Of a stretch of 64,000 nt of DNA, positions 50,874 through 62,529 are shown piece after piece (the first letter of the stretch is position 1; every line of letters starts with the position of its first letter). The translations under genes were made by a program, and so were the position numbers. The notes under the pieces are model-generated. The model was given only the letters and a program-made list of their open reading frames with translations. It did no database searches and was not told the origin of the DNA. The stretch spans positions 301,056 to 365,055 of the forward strand of contig CAWDOQ010000002.1 in NCBI GenBank assembly GCA_963804085.1. The letters are read 5' to 3'. The stretch is from Chlamydiia bacterium. Its GTDB lineage: Bacteria; Chlamydiota; Chlamydiia; Chlamydiales; Rhabdochlamydiaceae.

Positions 50874-51299
50874 ATGAGCATGGCCATGGCATCAACGGAT
50901 GTGATGAGTTTCTCGATTTCATCAAATCCGCCCATTCAATGCACTTCCATTCAAACAAAAGAAGGAAGGATTGTATTTTTCGAAGAACAGCTTTCATCTT
51001 CCGAAACCATTCTAAAGGCAGTCGTAGATGTAAACAAACTCTCTCCTGATGAAAGAGCGGAATTTTCATGTACGTACATTTCTTTATTGTGCAAAGAATG
51101 CCTGCGTCAACAGCAAGAAATGTTGCAAAGGCTAGATAGTATTTCGGATAGGATTACAACCCTAGACCAAGAAGTTGTCAGAACTTCTCAACTGTTGGAT
51201 CTCGCCGGTCAACATATAGAAGAATCCTGTCAATGGGCATTCATTGCCTGTCTTGTGGTCATTGTTGTTCTCGTGATTTTCGCACTGGCAGTTCTCTAA
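50874..51299 (+). CDS. Tail-anchored protein with Qc-SNARE-like coiled coil
   Basis: RQQQEMLQRLDSISDRITTLDQEV...QWAFIACLVVIVVLVIFALAVL-stop. Confidence 0.72.
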   Translation: MSMAMASTDVMSFSISSNPPIQCTSIQTKEGRIVFFEEQLSSSETILKAVVDVNKLSPDERAEFSCTYISLLCKECLRQQQEMLQRLDSISDRITTLDQEVVRTSQLLDLAGQHIEESCQWAFIACLVVIVVLVIFALAVL

Positions 51300-51303
51300 A
51301 ACT

Positions 51304-51331
51304 CCCCGGGGATACATTCCCCGGGGTTTTT
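51304..51331 (+). terminator. Intrinsic terminator
   Basis: CCCCGGGGA-TACAT-TCCCCGGGG followed by T5. Confidence 0.75.
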
Positions 51332-51429
51332 CTACTTGTTTCAATCCATTTCAAGCTTTTCAAATCTATTTTTGTTGCCAAAAATTATTCTAAACGCTCA
51401 GAATCGCGCGAATAATTTGAGTGGTTAAG

Positions 51430-54400
51430 ATGAAAACACTTATTTTCTCATTGCTCGTAATTAACTCTGCTCTTTTTGGTCACGTTGCTGTGACCGAAAA
51501 CGAACCGAGCGCTCTTGTTGAAGGTATTGTCAATGCAGTTACAGGCGATCTCTACGTCGTCGAAGACGACATCGTCATTCAAGGGGCTGAGCCTCTGCGA
51601 TTGCGAAGAAGTTACATCAGCGCTAACGGAGAGGGTAATTGGGGTTTCATTGAAAATCTTTTTGCTGTTCTGCGCCCGCCAATTCACAGACTGACTGTCT
51701 TCGAGCCAAATGGTACGCGGTTAGATTATCTCTACGAGATACAAAATACTGACAAAAAGAAACACAAAAAGAAAAAGCCCAAGGCAGCTCAGTATGACTT
51801 TCATCCCCTCAACGTTGCCCAAGACGCGCAAGGGCTCACAAATACCGCTCGTGGAAAAATCTCTGCTCATACCAACTTGAAGAATCAATATATCAGGATG
51901 GATGGGGATCATGAGCGATTCACCGTCATTTGTCCCAATGGCACCAAAAGAATCTACGTCGCGCTTCCCAATCAAAAACCTGAAAGGGTTGGACCGCACC
52001 ATGGTGGTTTAGAAGTTTACATACATTATCACTATGTTTTGCAATCAGAAGAGCTTCCAAATGGCAACAGAATCATTTACGACTGGCACAAAAACAAATT
52101 AACATCGATTCGTACAACGGATCCCAGCGGCCAGAAAACTTATGCCCAGGCGACGTTTCATTATCACGGTAAAATCAAAGAGAAGCACCATCAATCCTAT
52201 TTGAATAATGCCGATTTCGACGTTCATACGAGCGATGGCCGCACATTGCACTATCACCATATTTGCGAAGGAAAACCTGAAAAAGGAGGCCGCTGGCATC
52301 TCCATCAGATCACTTCTTCAGATTTCCCTGTGGAATTCCTTCATTATCACGGGCCTGACAAGAATCGCAAATCGATCCTCGGCGCTATCACTCTTCCTTT
52401 AGGACGAGGTCTTCATGTTGGTTATTACCAGAGCGGTAATGACCCTACATGCAGCCGCGTGCAATCGCTTTCCGCTCCCGTTGCTAAAGACGCCACTCCT
52501 CTTGTAACCCATCGTTTCCATTATGATTTACCCAAGCGCCAAACCACTGTCTTGGATGTTAACGGCGCTCCCACTCGCTACTCGTGGGATCAAAACCTTC
52601 GATTAACTGCTATCGAACGTTATACGACCTCAAATGCTCTTTACGCCGGTTCATTGTTTGCATGGGGCACCGGCCAAGATGAAGCTAACCTTCGTTGCAA
52701 AACGCTCTTCGATGAGAATCGCAAGCCAATTTATGCCACCAGCTATTCTTACGACAGCCGTGGTAATGTCGTTTTTGAGAAGTTTTACGGAAACCTAAGC
52801 GGCCAGGGGATTGCCCTCTCTTTGGACTCTCAGCATTTACCCATTGAAAATGGCGTCGAATTTTACACAAATAAATTTGAGTGCTCTCAAGATGATCGAC
52901 ATCTGCTCCTTCGCAAAGAAGAAGGAAATGGCCTTGTTGTCACTTACGACTATCTTCCCGGTACCGATCTTCCAACCGCAGAATTGGCAGCTGATCGGGA
53001 GGGCATCAAAAGACGCAAGTTTTATGAATACAATGCCGATCATATTCTTGTTCGAGAGATTACAGATGATGGAAGAACAAGCGACAAAAATGATCTAAAC
53101 AATGTCACTACGCGTAAGATCTTGCAGATTCACCTAAAGCAAGACGCACCCTATCTCAATATGCCTCAAGTCATTGAAGCGAAGTATTGGGATGGACGGG
53201 AAGAGCGCCTTCTCAAGAAGATTCTCCTTCACTACACGACAGGAGGTCGCATTGAGAGAAAAGATATTTACGACGGGTCCGGCCGTTTTCGTTACAGCCT
53301 CTCTTACAAATATGATGCAAAGGGCAATTTATCCGAAGCGACTAATGCCCTGGGACAAACTGCAAAACACAACTACGACGAGTTGGGAAATAAAACCTTC
53401 TTCCAAGATTTTGGAGGAAGAGCACATTCTGAAATGGACTATGATTATTCCAATCGTCCCATCCAATCCAAGGAAATTGGAGAAGATGGAGCTGCGCGCA
53501 CCTCTCGATATGAATATGACAAGAAACATAACAAGACTTTAACTGTCGATTTTCACGGATACGCAACCGGTTATGCTTATGATGACTTCAACCTACTAAA
53601 AGAAGCTCATCTTCCTATGTTGGAAGACAGAGAGCCGGTTATCAGATCCTCGTACGATGCAGCTGGTCTGGAAATTACACGCACAGATGCCAAAGGTTAC
53701 ACCACACATACCATCTACAACGCATATGGAAAGCCTACTAGCATCCTGCACCCGAATGAGACCCAAGAGAAGTTTATCTACAACCTCGATGGCACGTTGC
53801 GCACCTATATCGATCAAAAAGGTGTGGAAACAAGCCACACGTACGATATTGTTTAAACGCCCCACCTCCACAACAAAAAGTTATCATGGAGAAATTCTCT
53901 CTCAAGAGCTTTTCACCTACGATGCTTATCACTTAATTGCTAAAACGGATGCCGAAGGCAACGTAACAACTTATACCTACGATGGCGCCGGCAGAAAAAT
54001 CTCAGAAGAATTGAACGGAGAGCAAAGCGAGTTTGCATACGACTCTCTTGGCCGTCTTGATCTGGTCAAGCAGGACCAGCTACTCAGCGTGACCGAACAC
54101 GATCTCCTAGATCGCATTGTAGAAGAGCGAAAAGAGGATTTGCAAGGGCATGTGCTCTCTAAAATCGTCTACGCCTATGACAATGCAGGCAATAAAAAAA
54201 CGGTTACCCGTTTTATCAATGGTAAAGATGCCTCTGAACAATTTGAATATGACAGCTTAAACCGTCTGATTAAAAAAGAAGATCCTCTTGGCAATATCAC
54301 AAGAACAACTTTTGACGACGAGCTGCACCTTCAAACAACTATCGATCCTCTTGGCCTTCAAACCATCGAACATTTCAATTCTCATTATCTTGCTGCCACC

Positions 54401-56725
54401 ATCGAAAAGCGCTCTTGCCAAAATGAGATTTTGATCCGCGATGAGAACGCCTATGATAACAATGACAATCTCATTGCTAAAACAACTACCCTTTTCCATC
54501 CAAAACGCATCGTTACCACCCTGTGGAATTATGGTCCATTGGACCAACTGCTTTCACAGACAGAGGCAGCCGGAACTTCAGAGCAAAAAGTCACGCGATA
54601 CAGTTATACGCCAACAGGACAGCTCTTTCAAACGATCAAGCCAAGTTCAGTTGTGCTCACAAACACCTACGATCCTCTTCAACACCTCTTATCGCAAAGC
54701 TCCTCTGATGGCACAGTTCGCTATACCTATCAACACAACCGTCTTGGACATCTTATACGAAGTGTAGATGAAAGAAACCAGACCACACTCATTCGCACCT
54801 TCGACCCGAAAGGCCGACTTCTCTCTGAAAAGCTTTCAAACAACCTCTTCGTGTGCAATCACTACGACACCCAAGGACGCCGCGTTCGTCTTGATCTTCC
54901 CGATAGATCTTTCATCTCTTATGAACACGATCCGTTACATCTCCGTAGTGTGACGCGCTATGACTCTTCCGGTCATCTCGTCTATGCCCATTACTATACA
55001 AATTACGATCTTGCCGGAAATCTTCTCTCAGAAACCCTCATCGGAAACCGCGACCGCGTTGTACATAGCTATGATCTTGCAGGCCGCCCAACTCTTCTAA
55101 CTTCTCCTCATTTTACTCATGCTATTTTAGAATACGATGCCGTAGGAAACGTCCTCCGATCAGAACTTAATAACGAAATCCTCGACTATTCCTATGACGA
55201 TCTCTATCAGCTCACCTCCGAAAAAGAACACACCTATGCCCACGATTCGCTCTATAACCGCCTCCAAAAAGACTCAGCAAGTTATGCAGTTAATGCGCTC
55301 AATCAACTTTCCTCCGTGTTTAAGTACGATGAAGACGGCAATCCCTACAGCCATGGCAAAGCTCGTTACACCTACGATGCGTTCGATCGACTTATCTCCA
55401 TGGAAGATCACTCAACAAAACTCCACTTCGCGTATGACTCCTGCCATCGCCGCCTTTCTAAAACAGTCTACCGCTTCGAAAATGGCGTCTGGGAACACGT
55501 AGAGACTCGTTTTTTCCTGTATGATGACCAGAACGAAATTGGTTCCGTGGATGCTGCAGGCAACATCCAAGAGCTCCGTATCCTTGGACGCACACCCCAA
55601 GCAGAGATTGGATCTGCCATCGCCATAGAACTGCAAGGAAAGATCTTTGCACCCATCCATGACCTTTATGGGAACGTCTCCATGCTCCTTTCACTTGCCG
55701 ACAAAAATCACGAGCACTATTGCTACACAGCCTTTGGAGAAGAAAGAAACCCCTCACCTACGATCAATCCCTGGCGCTTTTCCTCCAAACGCATCGATGA
55801 TGAAACAGGCCTCGTCTATTTCGGCAGGCGCTACTACCTTCCCACTTACGGACGCTGGCTCACTCCCGACCCCCTCGGTCTCGATGCAGGACCCAACCTC
55901 TATGCCTACGTCTTCAATGCCCCGCTTACTCACGTAGACCTCTACGGCCTTTTCGCACTGAACAACTCCGAAGACTTTAAACAAACTGGCATCGGAGCTG
56001 CACACGGCCTAGGCCACTTTGCATTGAATACCGCAACTGCTATATCAACCATCGGCTGGGGATTAACAACCCCTGTGCGTTCAATGAATTGGATCACAGG
56101 CAAAAGCAGCTTTTCCCAAGATTGGAACTCCTTTCAGCAATCGAATAGAGCATTCCACGATTTTGGCGACCGCTGGATGCATCGCGCGCTCCCAGGCAAT
56201 ACCTCACATGACAATTTCCGAACTATGCGTTCCGGCGTCAACGACGGCCTCGAAATTAGTAGTATCTTCACAGGCGCTGGGCTCGCCAAAGGCGCAATTT
56301 CGGTCACACAAAAAGGCTTCTCCCTAGCCAAACAATTTCCCGGCATGCAAAAAGTCGCCCGACCTTCTGCGTCAATGACGAATATTACATCAAGAACGGC
56401 TTTCAGCAGCGGGGCGGAAAATGTTAATGCCGGAATTAGCTTGTCAAAAAAATTATCGCAACTTGAAACAGCACAACAGTTTGCAATACGTTCTCGGATG
56501 GTACATGGTGACAGAATCCGTTATTATAATAGCGAAACCCTAGCCTCTACACCCGGACCAACACGCGGAAGAACCTTTGTGACAGAATTTGACTCATCTA
56601 AATCACGAGTAAGAACGTGGATGGAATGTTATGATCATTATGGAGTGGTAAATCGTGTGCATCCAAAACAGATTAATGGACAAAATCTCGTTTCTCCTCA
56701 TTATCCTCCTATAGGAGGCGAATAG
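51430..56725 (+). CDS. RHS/YD-repeat polymorphic toxin with signal peptide, one frameshift near 53850
   Basis: Many YDxxG repeats; core GLVYFGRRYY...GRWLTPDPLG...NLYAYV...DLYGL; distinct C-terminal domain RIRYY...GPTRG...RVHPK...HYPP. Confidence 0.92.
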
Positions 56726-56735
56726 TTGCATAAAT

Positions 56736-56985
56736 ATGATCTATACAAAAAAACAGTTTGGATCCGAGTTAAAGAAAATGTTGTTAACAGGGAATAATTC
56801 CAAAGCGATTTCCAAATGGGGGCTTTCAAGTTTACACAGATTATGGATTAGATTTTGAAAATGGCCTCGATTACTTTGCACTAAAATTAATGGCCATGGA
56901 AGAAGGCCCAGAATTTGTTCTTTCCAATGAAGAGCTTACTGTTTTAGCTAATGAACTCCTTGGAGAAAAGCAAGAAAGCATACTG
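56736..56985 (+). CDS. Putative cognate immunity protein (frameshift near 56820; not in the ORF track; 3' end uncertain)
   Basis: Reconstructed MIYTKKQFGSELKKML...ISKW-x-FQVYTDYGLDFENGLDYFALKLMAMEEGPEFVLSNEEL, 10 nt after the RHS stop. Confidence 0.65.
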
Positions 56986-56995
56986 ATGGCGCCAT

Positions 56996-57364
56996 ATGCA
57001 TGCAAATTAAAAAGTTGGTATTGCCCAGATATCGAAGATTTTATCCAATTACTCCCCTCCTCAACGTGATAATTTTTGTTTTCTCTTTAGAGCTATGGTG
57101 GGTCTAGAGGAAAAAGAAGGAAAAGAGTCGTTTGATATTCAAATTTGCACTCCCAACTGGTTATTATCCAATTTGAAAAAGGATGATGTTATATCTGGCG
57201 GACATTTCCTCATAACACCCGAATATAATTACGAAAGAATTCTTCAGAAAAGTAAGAGCCTAATAGAATCTTGCAGCGGGAATACCTGGGGTGAAATCCC
57301 AGAAAAAGTAAGCCGTATCGGTTTTTGGGAATTTGAAGACTACAAAGATACCGAACTTGTATGA
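56996..57364 (+). CDS. Imm8 family immunity protein (5' part frameshifted)
   Basis: KLKS..CPDIED, DNFCFLFRAMVG, ESFDIQICTPNWL and W.E..EKVSRIGFWEFEDY motifs. Confidence 0.8.
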
Positions 57365-57632
57365 CCTCCGCAGAATCAGCATCTTCTTTTCCCTCGTCTA
57401 CCTGGCCCAATATCTCTTCACGCTCCTCCTTCCGATGTATACAACCCGTCACTGGCTCCCCTCTTCATTCCGCCCTATCCTTTTCAAAGTAATTAACTTA
57501 AGCATTCGATTTTAATTAAAATTACCATAAATAAAATTTCAGAATGGAGACTGTGATTTAAAGAAAATTTAATCGTTTGCAGTGAAAACTGTGAAAGGAT
57601 ATGCTTCTGCGATAAATTTAGGGAGGATTGCT

Positions 57633-58037
57633 ATGACAAAAACTTTAGCGATTGAGGAGCTTCAAAAAAAAGCTCTAGACTTCGTGCAGAAGAGGGAGTG
57701 GGAGCAATACCAAACTGCTCGTGATATTTGCATGGCTCTCAGCATCGAAGCATCTGAACTTTTAGAAAATTTCTTGTGGTTAAAAGATGATGAGGTAATG
57801 TGCATAAATAAGGACCTTAAAAAAATGTCTTCAATAAAAGAAGAAGTCGCTGATGTATTTTATTGGCTTATTCGTTTATCAGATATTCTAAAAATTGATT
57901 TGGAAAATGCTTTTGTTGAGAAAATGAAAAAAAACATTTTAAAATATCCCATTGACTTGAGTAAAGGAAATAGAAGTAAGTATACAGAATTATCAAAAAA
58001 TTTAGAGTCAACAAAAATTGACAAACAATATCGTTAG
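57633..58037 (+). CDS. MazG-like nucleotide pyrophosphohydrolase (dCTP pyrophosphatase type)
   Basis: REWEQY, ALSIEASELLENF, EEVADV and KMKKN..KYP motifs; GGAGG RBS. Confidence 0.9.
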   Translation: MTKTLAIEELQKKALDFVQKREWEQYQTARDICMALSIEASELLENFLWLKDDEVMCINKDLKKMSSIKEEVADVFYWLIRLSDILKIDLENAFVEKMKKNILKYPIDLSKGNRSKYTELSKNLESTKIDKQYR

Positions 58038-58040
58038 AAT

Positions 58041-58631
58041 ATGTTGATTTTTAGAAAGCTCAATGCAAAAGCTCCTATCTTTCAGGAAATAAAAAGTTTT
58101 TTCTTGAATACAATCGAACCATTGTATGGCAGCCAAGAACATGCTATTCAAAAAATTGCCGCTGCGAAAGATCGAATATGCATTGTTTTGACTCAGGGTA
58201 CCGATTTGATAGGATTTATAGTATTTAAAAAAACATTAACGAATGAGTTTAGAAAGTTTGGCCTGCATAATTTTTTAGAGACTAAGACTCTCGCGCTGGT
58301 CAACCCAGAATCGATGTCGGGTAAGCGCTATGGCAGTCTACTCCTTCTTTGCTTAGCTAAAGAAGCTATAGAAAGGAGTGCTCATGGGATATTTGTTACA
58401 GTGTCCTCTGGAAAACCCGAGGCATATGAATTCTTTAAAAAAAATGGTTTTAAAATAATAAAAAAAATCAAAAATCTATATAAAACTGGGTTTGATGAGT
58501 ATTTTTTCATTCATAATGACCCAGCAGGGCTGATTAATTCTTTAAATAACAAGATTGAGCACGCATCCTTAAACACACCTCCACGCAAATTCATGAATAA
58601 ATCACCTTTACTTTCAAAAACAAAATCATGA
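58041..58631 (+). CDS. GNAT acetyltransferase
   Basis: SGKRYGSLLL acetyl-CoA loop, AYEFFKKNGF and YKTGFDEY. Confidence 0.8.
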   Translation: MLIFRKLNAKAPIFQEIKSFFLNTIEPLYGSQEHAIQKIAAAKDRICIVLTQGTDLIGFIVFKKTLTNEFRKFGLHNFLETKTLALVNPESMSGKRYGSLLLLCLAKEAIERSAHGIFVTVSSGKPEAYEFFKKNGFKIIKKIKNLYKTGFDEYFFIHNDPAGLINSLNNKIEHASLNTPPRKFMNKSPLLSKTKS

Positions 58632-59629
58632 CAGCACACCAAGATGACATTTGCTCAATTTGTTTAAACCATCGAGGAACCCAGAAAATTTTTGCAAGGG
58701 AAATGGTAAAGGGAACTCGAGAGGAGTTTCCGTATATTCTTTGCTCCTCTTGTCAATCTCTATCTATTGAACATATTCCCGAAAAAATTGAAGAAATGTA
58801 CGATTCATACCCAAGTTTGGAAAATGCAGTTATACCGAAGCAATCTTTCAAAAACTTTATAAAGAATAAAATTAAAAAATATACTTTGCTCCATCGGAGT
58901 CGATTGTCAAAATTACTACTCAGTCTGCTAAATTCATACGATGATTTAAGAGTAAAAGCGTTATTTTCATGCGATCTAAAGAAGACAAGCAGAATTTTAG
59001 ATGTGGGCGCAGGAAGTGGCGATTTTATTTACGAAATGTTTTGTTTAGGATTTAAAAATATCGTTGGCATCGATCCTTCGTTAAAGAAAAGCAAGATATT
59101 TTATAATGGTGCAAAGGTCTTAAAAAAAACAATTTTCGAGATCAATGAAATTTATGATATTATTACTTTTCATCATTCATTTGAGCATATGCCGCATCCA
59201 TCTTTAGTTTTAGAAAAGATCTCTTGCTTGCTTACAAATGGGGGCGTCTGCGTAATCCGCTTACCTAATATAGATAGTTGGTCATTTCGAAAATTTGGGG
59301 AAAACTGGTCTGGAATTCATGCACCATATCATTTGTTTCTTCCATCAACAAAAGGAATGAAATTGCTTGCCGAAAGAGCAGGGCTAAGAATTCAAGAAGT
59401 TAGATGGGAGCAATTAACAGAGTCTTTTCTTAGAAGTGTTGGTCATTCACTCAACTTTGCTGATTTTGAAAAAAATGGCATTAGAAATCTTTTACAAGAT
59501 TTACCTCTGGGCTCTAGGATACCAGCATTTTTTACAAAAACAGAGATAAAATATTGGAAGCAAAAGAGAAGGTCGGTTATTAAAAGTGAAATCACCGACT
59601 ATATCTCTTATTACCTGCAGAAGCCCTAA
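58628..59629 (+). CDS. Class I SAM-dependent methyltransferase with N-terminal Zn ribbon
   Basis: Two CxxC pairs; ILDVGAGSG, HSFEH and APYHL motifs. Confidence 0.88.
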   Translation: MTAHQDDICSICLNHRGTQKIFAREMVKGTREEFPYILCSSCQSLSIEHIPEKIEEMYDSYPSLENAVIPKQSFKNFIKNKIKKYTLLHRSRLSKLLLSLLNSYDDLRVKALFSCDLKKTSRILDVGAGSGDFIYEMFCLGFKNIVGIDPSLKKSKIFYNGAKVLKKTIFEINEIYDIITFHHSFEHMPHPSLVLEKISCLLTNGGVCVIRLPNIDSWSFRKFGENWSGIHAPYHLFLPSTKGMKLLAERAGLRIQEVRWEQLTESFLRSVGHSLNFADFEKNGIRNLLQDLPLGSRIPAFFTKTEIKYWKQKRRSVIKSEITDYISYYLQKP

Positions 59630-60807
59630 ATTTGCCAAGCGTAATCAACGCGGCAAAAACCAATAGGGGTAAAACAACATACAGCTCTAAATCGCCATGA
59701 TAATATATGGTTAGAGCTAACAAGGCAGGACCAAGGAATTCAGAGAGAATTTGTATAGACTCAAGAAAACCATACGTCTCTCCTTGCTCGTGAATTTTTG
59801 CTAATTTTCCATAATAGGAATAGATGAGTGGGATTCCAATCCCACCAATCCAAGTAAAAAGGAGAAAGAATTCGGTAGACATCCATAAAGGTTGATGCAA
59901 TATCGAATTAATTAGCCAATTGAAAAGATAAATAACAACTGGTCCTAGAAAAACGCCTGAAAATATATTTAGGGGTTTTAATCTATAGATTTTGATTGTC
60001 ATTACTCCTGCAAAAAACGCCAAGCCCACAATCGCAAAATAATACAACTCGAGAATTTCTGAAGACAGCGTTTTTTCACTGGCGCTTAGAATAATATGCC
60101 AAGCTGTATTCCATGCTAACATTGCCAAAATGATACGAAAGCAAGTGGAATTAAAAAATTGTGATGAACTAAGCCTTAAAATTAGAGGCCTGATAATTCT
60201 GCTTTTGACATCTCGCATATCAGTAAAAAACAACCATATTAAAACTAACGAGATTAACGAACCGAATATCACTATCATTGATGCGTAATTAATAAAAACC
60301 ATTCTGTTAAATGATAACAATATCCATGGAATCGGTTGGACAAGAAAAGTATTTATAACTGCTCGATCATGGGAATGCGGTATTAATATCTCTGAGTCTG
60401 CGTTTACACCATTTCTACGCCTATAGAAAGTATATAAATCACCATACGCTGCTCTTGCAACTGCGATAACATTCGCACATATCCCATTGATGAGGACTGC
60501 GCTCCATAAGAAATCTAGACGTAAAAGAACAAGTGAGGCCAGCAAAAAAAATATAGTGATGCACAGCGCTTTTTTTCGACAGTATCTGTCAGAAATGATT
60601 CCAGTAAGATATGAAGAAATAATTTGCAATGAAAACCATAATGGCACAATCAGGAAGTAAGAATGATCAACTTTTTCTACAGCGATTAATTTATCGATAA
60701 ATACAAGCTTCCCCCCCCTCGCGTACGATAATGCAGAGCAATGGCAAAAAACTATATATTGACCATGATATTTGTGATTTATGTATTGGTGTAAGTTTGG
60801 TTGACAT
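59592..60807 (-). CDS. MFS-type transporter, frameshift in a G8 tract (60711-60718)
   Basis: GIISDRYCRK motif A and many TM segments; with G7 the frame opens from ATG 60807 (MSTKLTPIHK). Confidence 0.75.
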
Positions 60808-61551
60808 TGCCAACTATTATTTGCCTCTAAAAAATGAAACTAACAAAAAAGATGCCGCAACGTTTGTGAAAATCATATTTAAATATTTTAACAATCTATC
60901 GCCATGTATAAAATCAATCGAACAAATTAATAAAGAAGCTACAAATACAGCCAACACAAAAATTTTTGACTTATGCATTTTTATCTTAGAAAAATAAAAT
61001 TTATTGAACACAACTATACATCTCCTTTGAATTCAAACACGCTTCGCTTTCATGAATAATTCGCGAATTCGCATGCTTACTTTTACAATAAGCATATACA
61101 ACGCCGCGCTTTTTAAAAAGAGATTAATCCAATTTAACATAATATCCACATAATATATGTCAAATAACAAACAAAAGAAGTTCTAAAGATAAATTGTGTG
61201 CTTCGATTATGCCGAAGCCAGCCTCCTCATGTTGTAAATCATTGTGATTGATCCCAAGTTTTTGCAGAAAAGCCAGTTGTATATCGATGTGTTTCGTCAT
61301 AGAGAAAGTGCATTATTCGAGCGTTCTTCCTTTAGCCTTACCATGGATAGAACTTATTTGACGACCAAATTGTCATGACCTCCATTGTAAATCTGTCATT
61401 TGGCAGTTCCAAAAATTGATTTTCCGAATCACAAAATAACAGAATAAGGTCTACTCAAAAATCTCGGTGCTAGCACTTTCTTTCACTTTATTCCTCGAGA
61501 TTTTCATTTCACATTAGCGGTATTTCGCGAATGCGATCTTGTTTGGCTTAT

Positions 61552-62082
61552 TCAGAGATCTTTCAAATATCGTATGCCAATAGCCGCTACGCCATATAGA
61601 TGGACACGGGCTGCATCTGGAAATTCTCGATAAATATTTACGCCTTGCTTGAGCAATTCTTCTTCACCTTTTTGTTCTGCAACAGACTTTAACTGTGGGA
61701 GCATTGTAAGAACGCCTTTGGCTGTGAGCATTTCTTCGAAACTTTGATAGACATCTTTGCTTAATATTTCACAAATAATGCCGCGTTTGGTTTTTTTATC
61801 GTAAAGCTTTAAGTGATCGCCAACACGAAAATTTGAGCATGGGGGTTCATCAACTCTTCCTTCGAATTGCTTTAACCCTCTTTTGATGTACTCCAAATAG
61901 ATAGTTCCTTTGATCGGAAGAGAATGGATTTGGATTTGAGAGCTAATAGAACGTTTGCTTACTCTGGACCTTTTTGAATGGTTGTAAGAATAACCAGGAT
62001 TTTTTCGCGAGCCGTTCTTACAGGAGCTTTTCTGATGATCTTTTCGACCTAGGCCAATGTTCTGTTTGTCAATGTTTCTCAT
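61552..62082 (-). CDS. ASCH domain protein
   Basis: YLEYIKRGLKQFEGR, FRVGD, YQSFEEML and YGVAAI motifs. Confidence 0.85.
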   Translation of the reverse strand: MRNIDKQNIGLGRKDHQKSSCKNGSRKNPGYSYNHSKRSRVSKRSISSQIQIHSLPIKGTIYLEYIKRGLKQFEGRVDEPPCSNFRVGDHLKLYDKKTKRGIICEILSKDVYQSFEEMLTAKGVLTMLPQLKSVAEQKGEEELLKQGVNIYREFPDAARVHLYGVAAIGIRYLKDL

Positions 62083-62529
62083 AATTCAATTCCTCAATCA
62101 ATACTGGAGATGGGGGTATAATTATAATCGATACAGTGTTGTCATATGTTCTTGATTAAACGTACAAAGTTTTATCGAGAGGCATGCATGCATTTCTCAC
62201 CTAACACGAGTCTAAAAAATTAGAATCTTTTTTGCCTCTTTTTCACCCCAATTCATCTATAAATCCGTGACAATTTTCTTATCGTTAGCTTCGTATTGTC
62301 CCCTGCTTTTTCATACAAAAAACATTAAAAATTTATCAATGTTTTAATATCGCATTAACCCCATAGCACATTCTTTGATAAAACATTGTGGGGTTCATAT
62401 GCGCGCCGACCAATAAAAACTCGACCAGGAGAACCATGTGCACAAACTCGATGATCAAGAACAGAATGACATTCAATTACATGCTGCTGATTTAGTGAGA
62501 ATATTTCAGTTCGAGCGTTGAGATATTTG

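Noticed and set aside
60817-61011. 64-aa hydrophobic ORF upstream of the MFS gene
   Set aside because: Could be a small membrane protein, but AT-rich DNA yields such ORFs by chance and there is no supporting motif.
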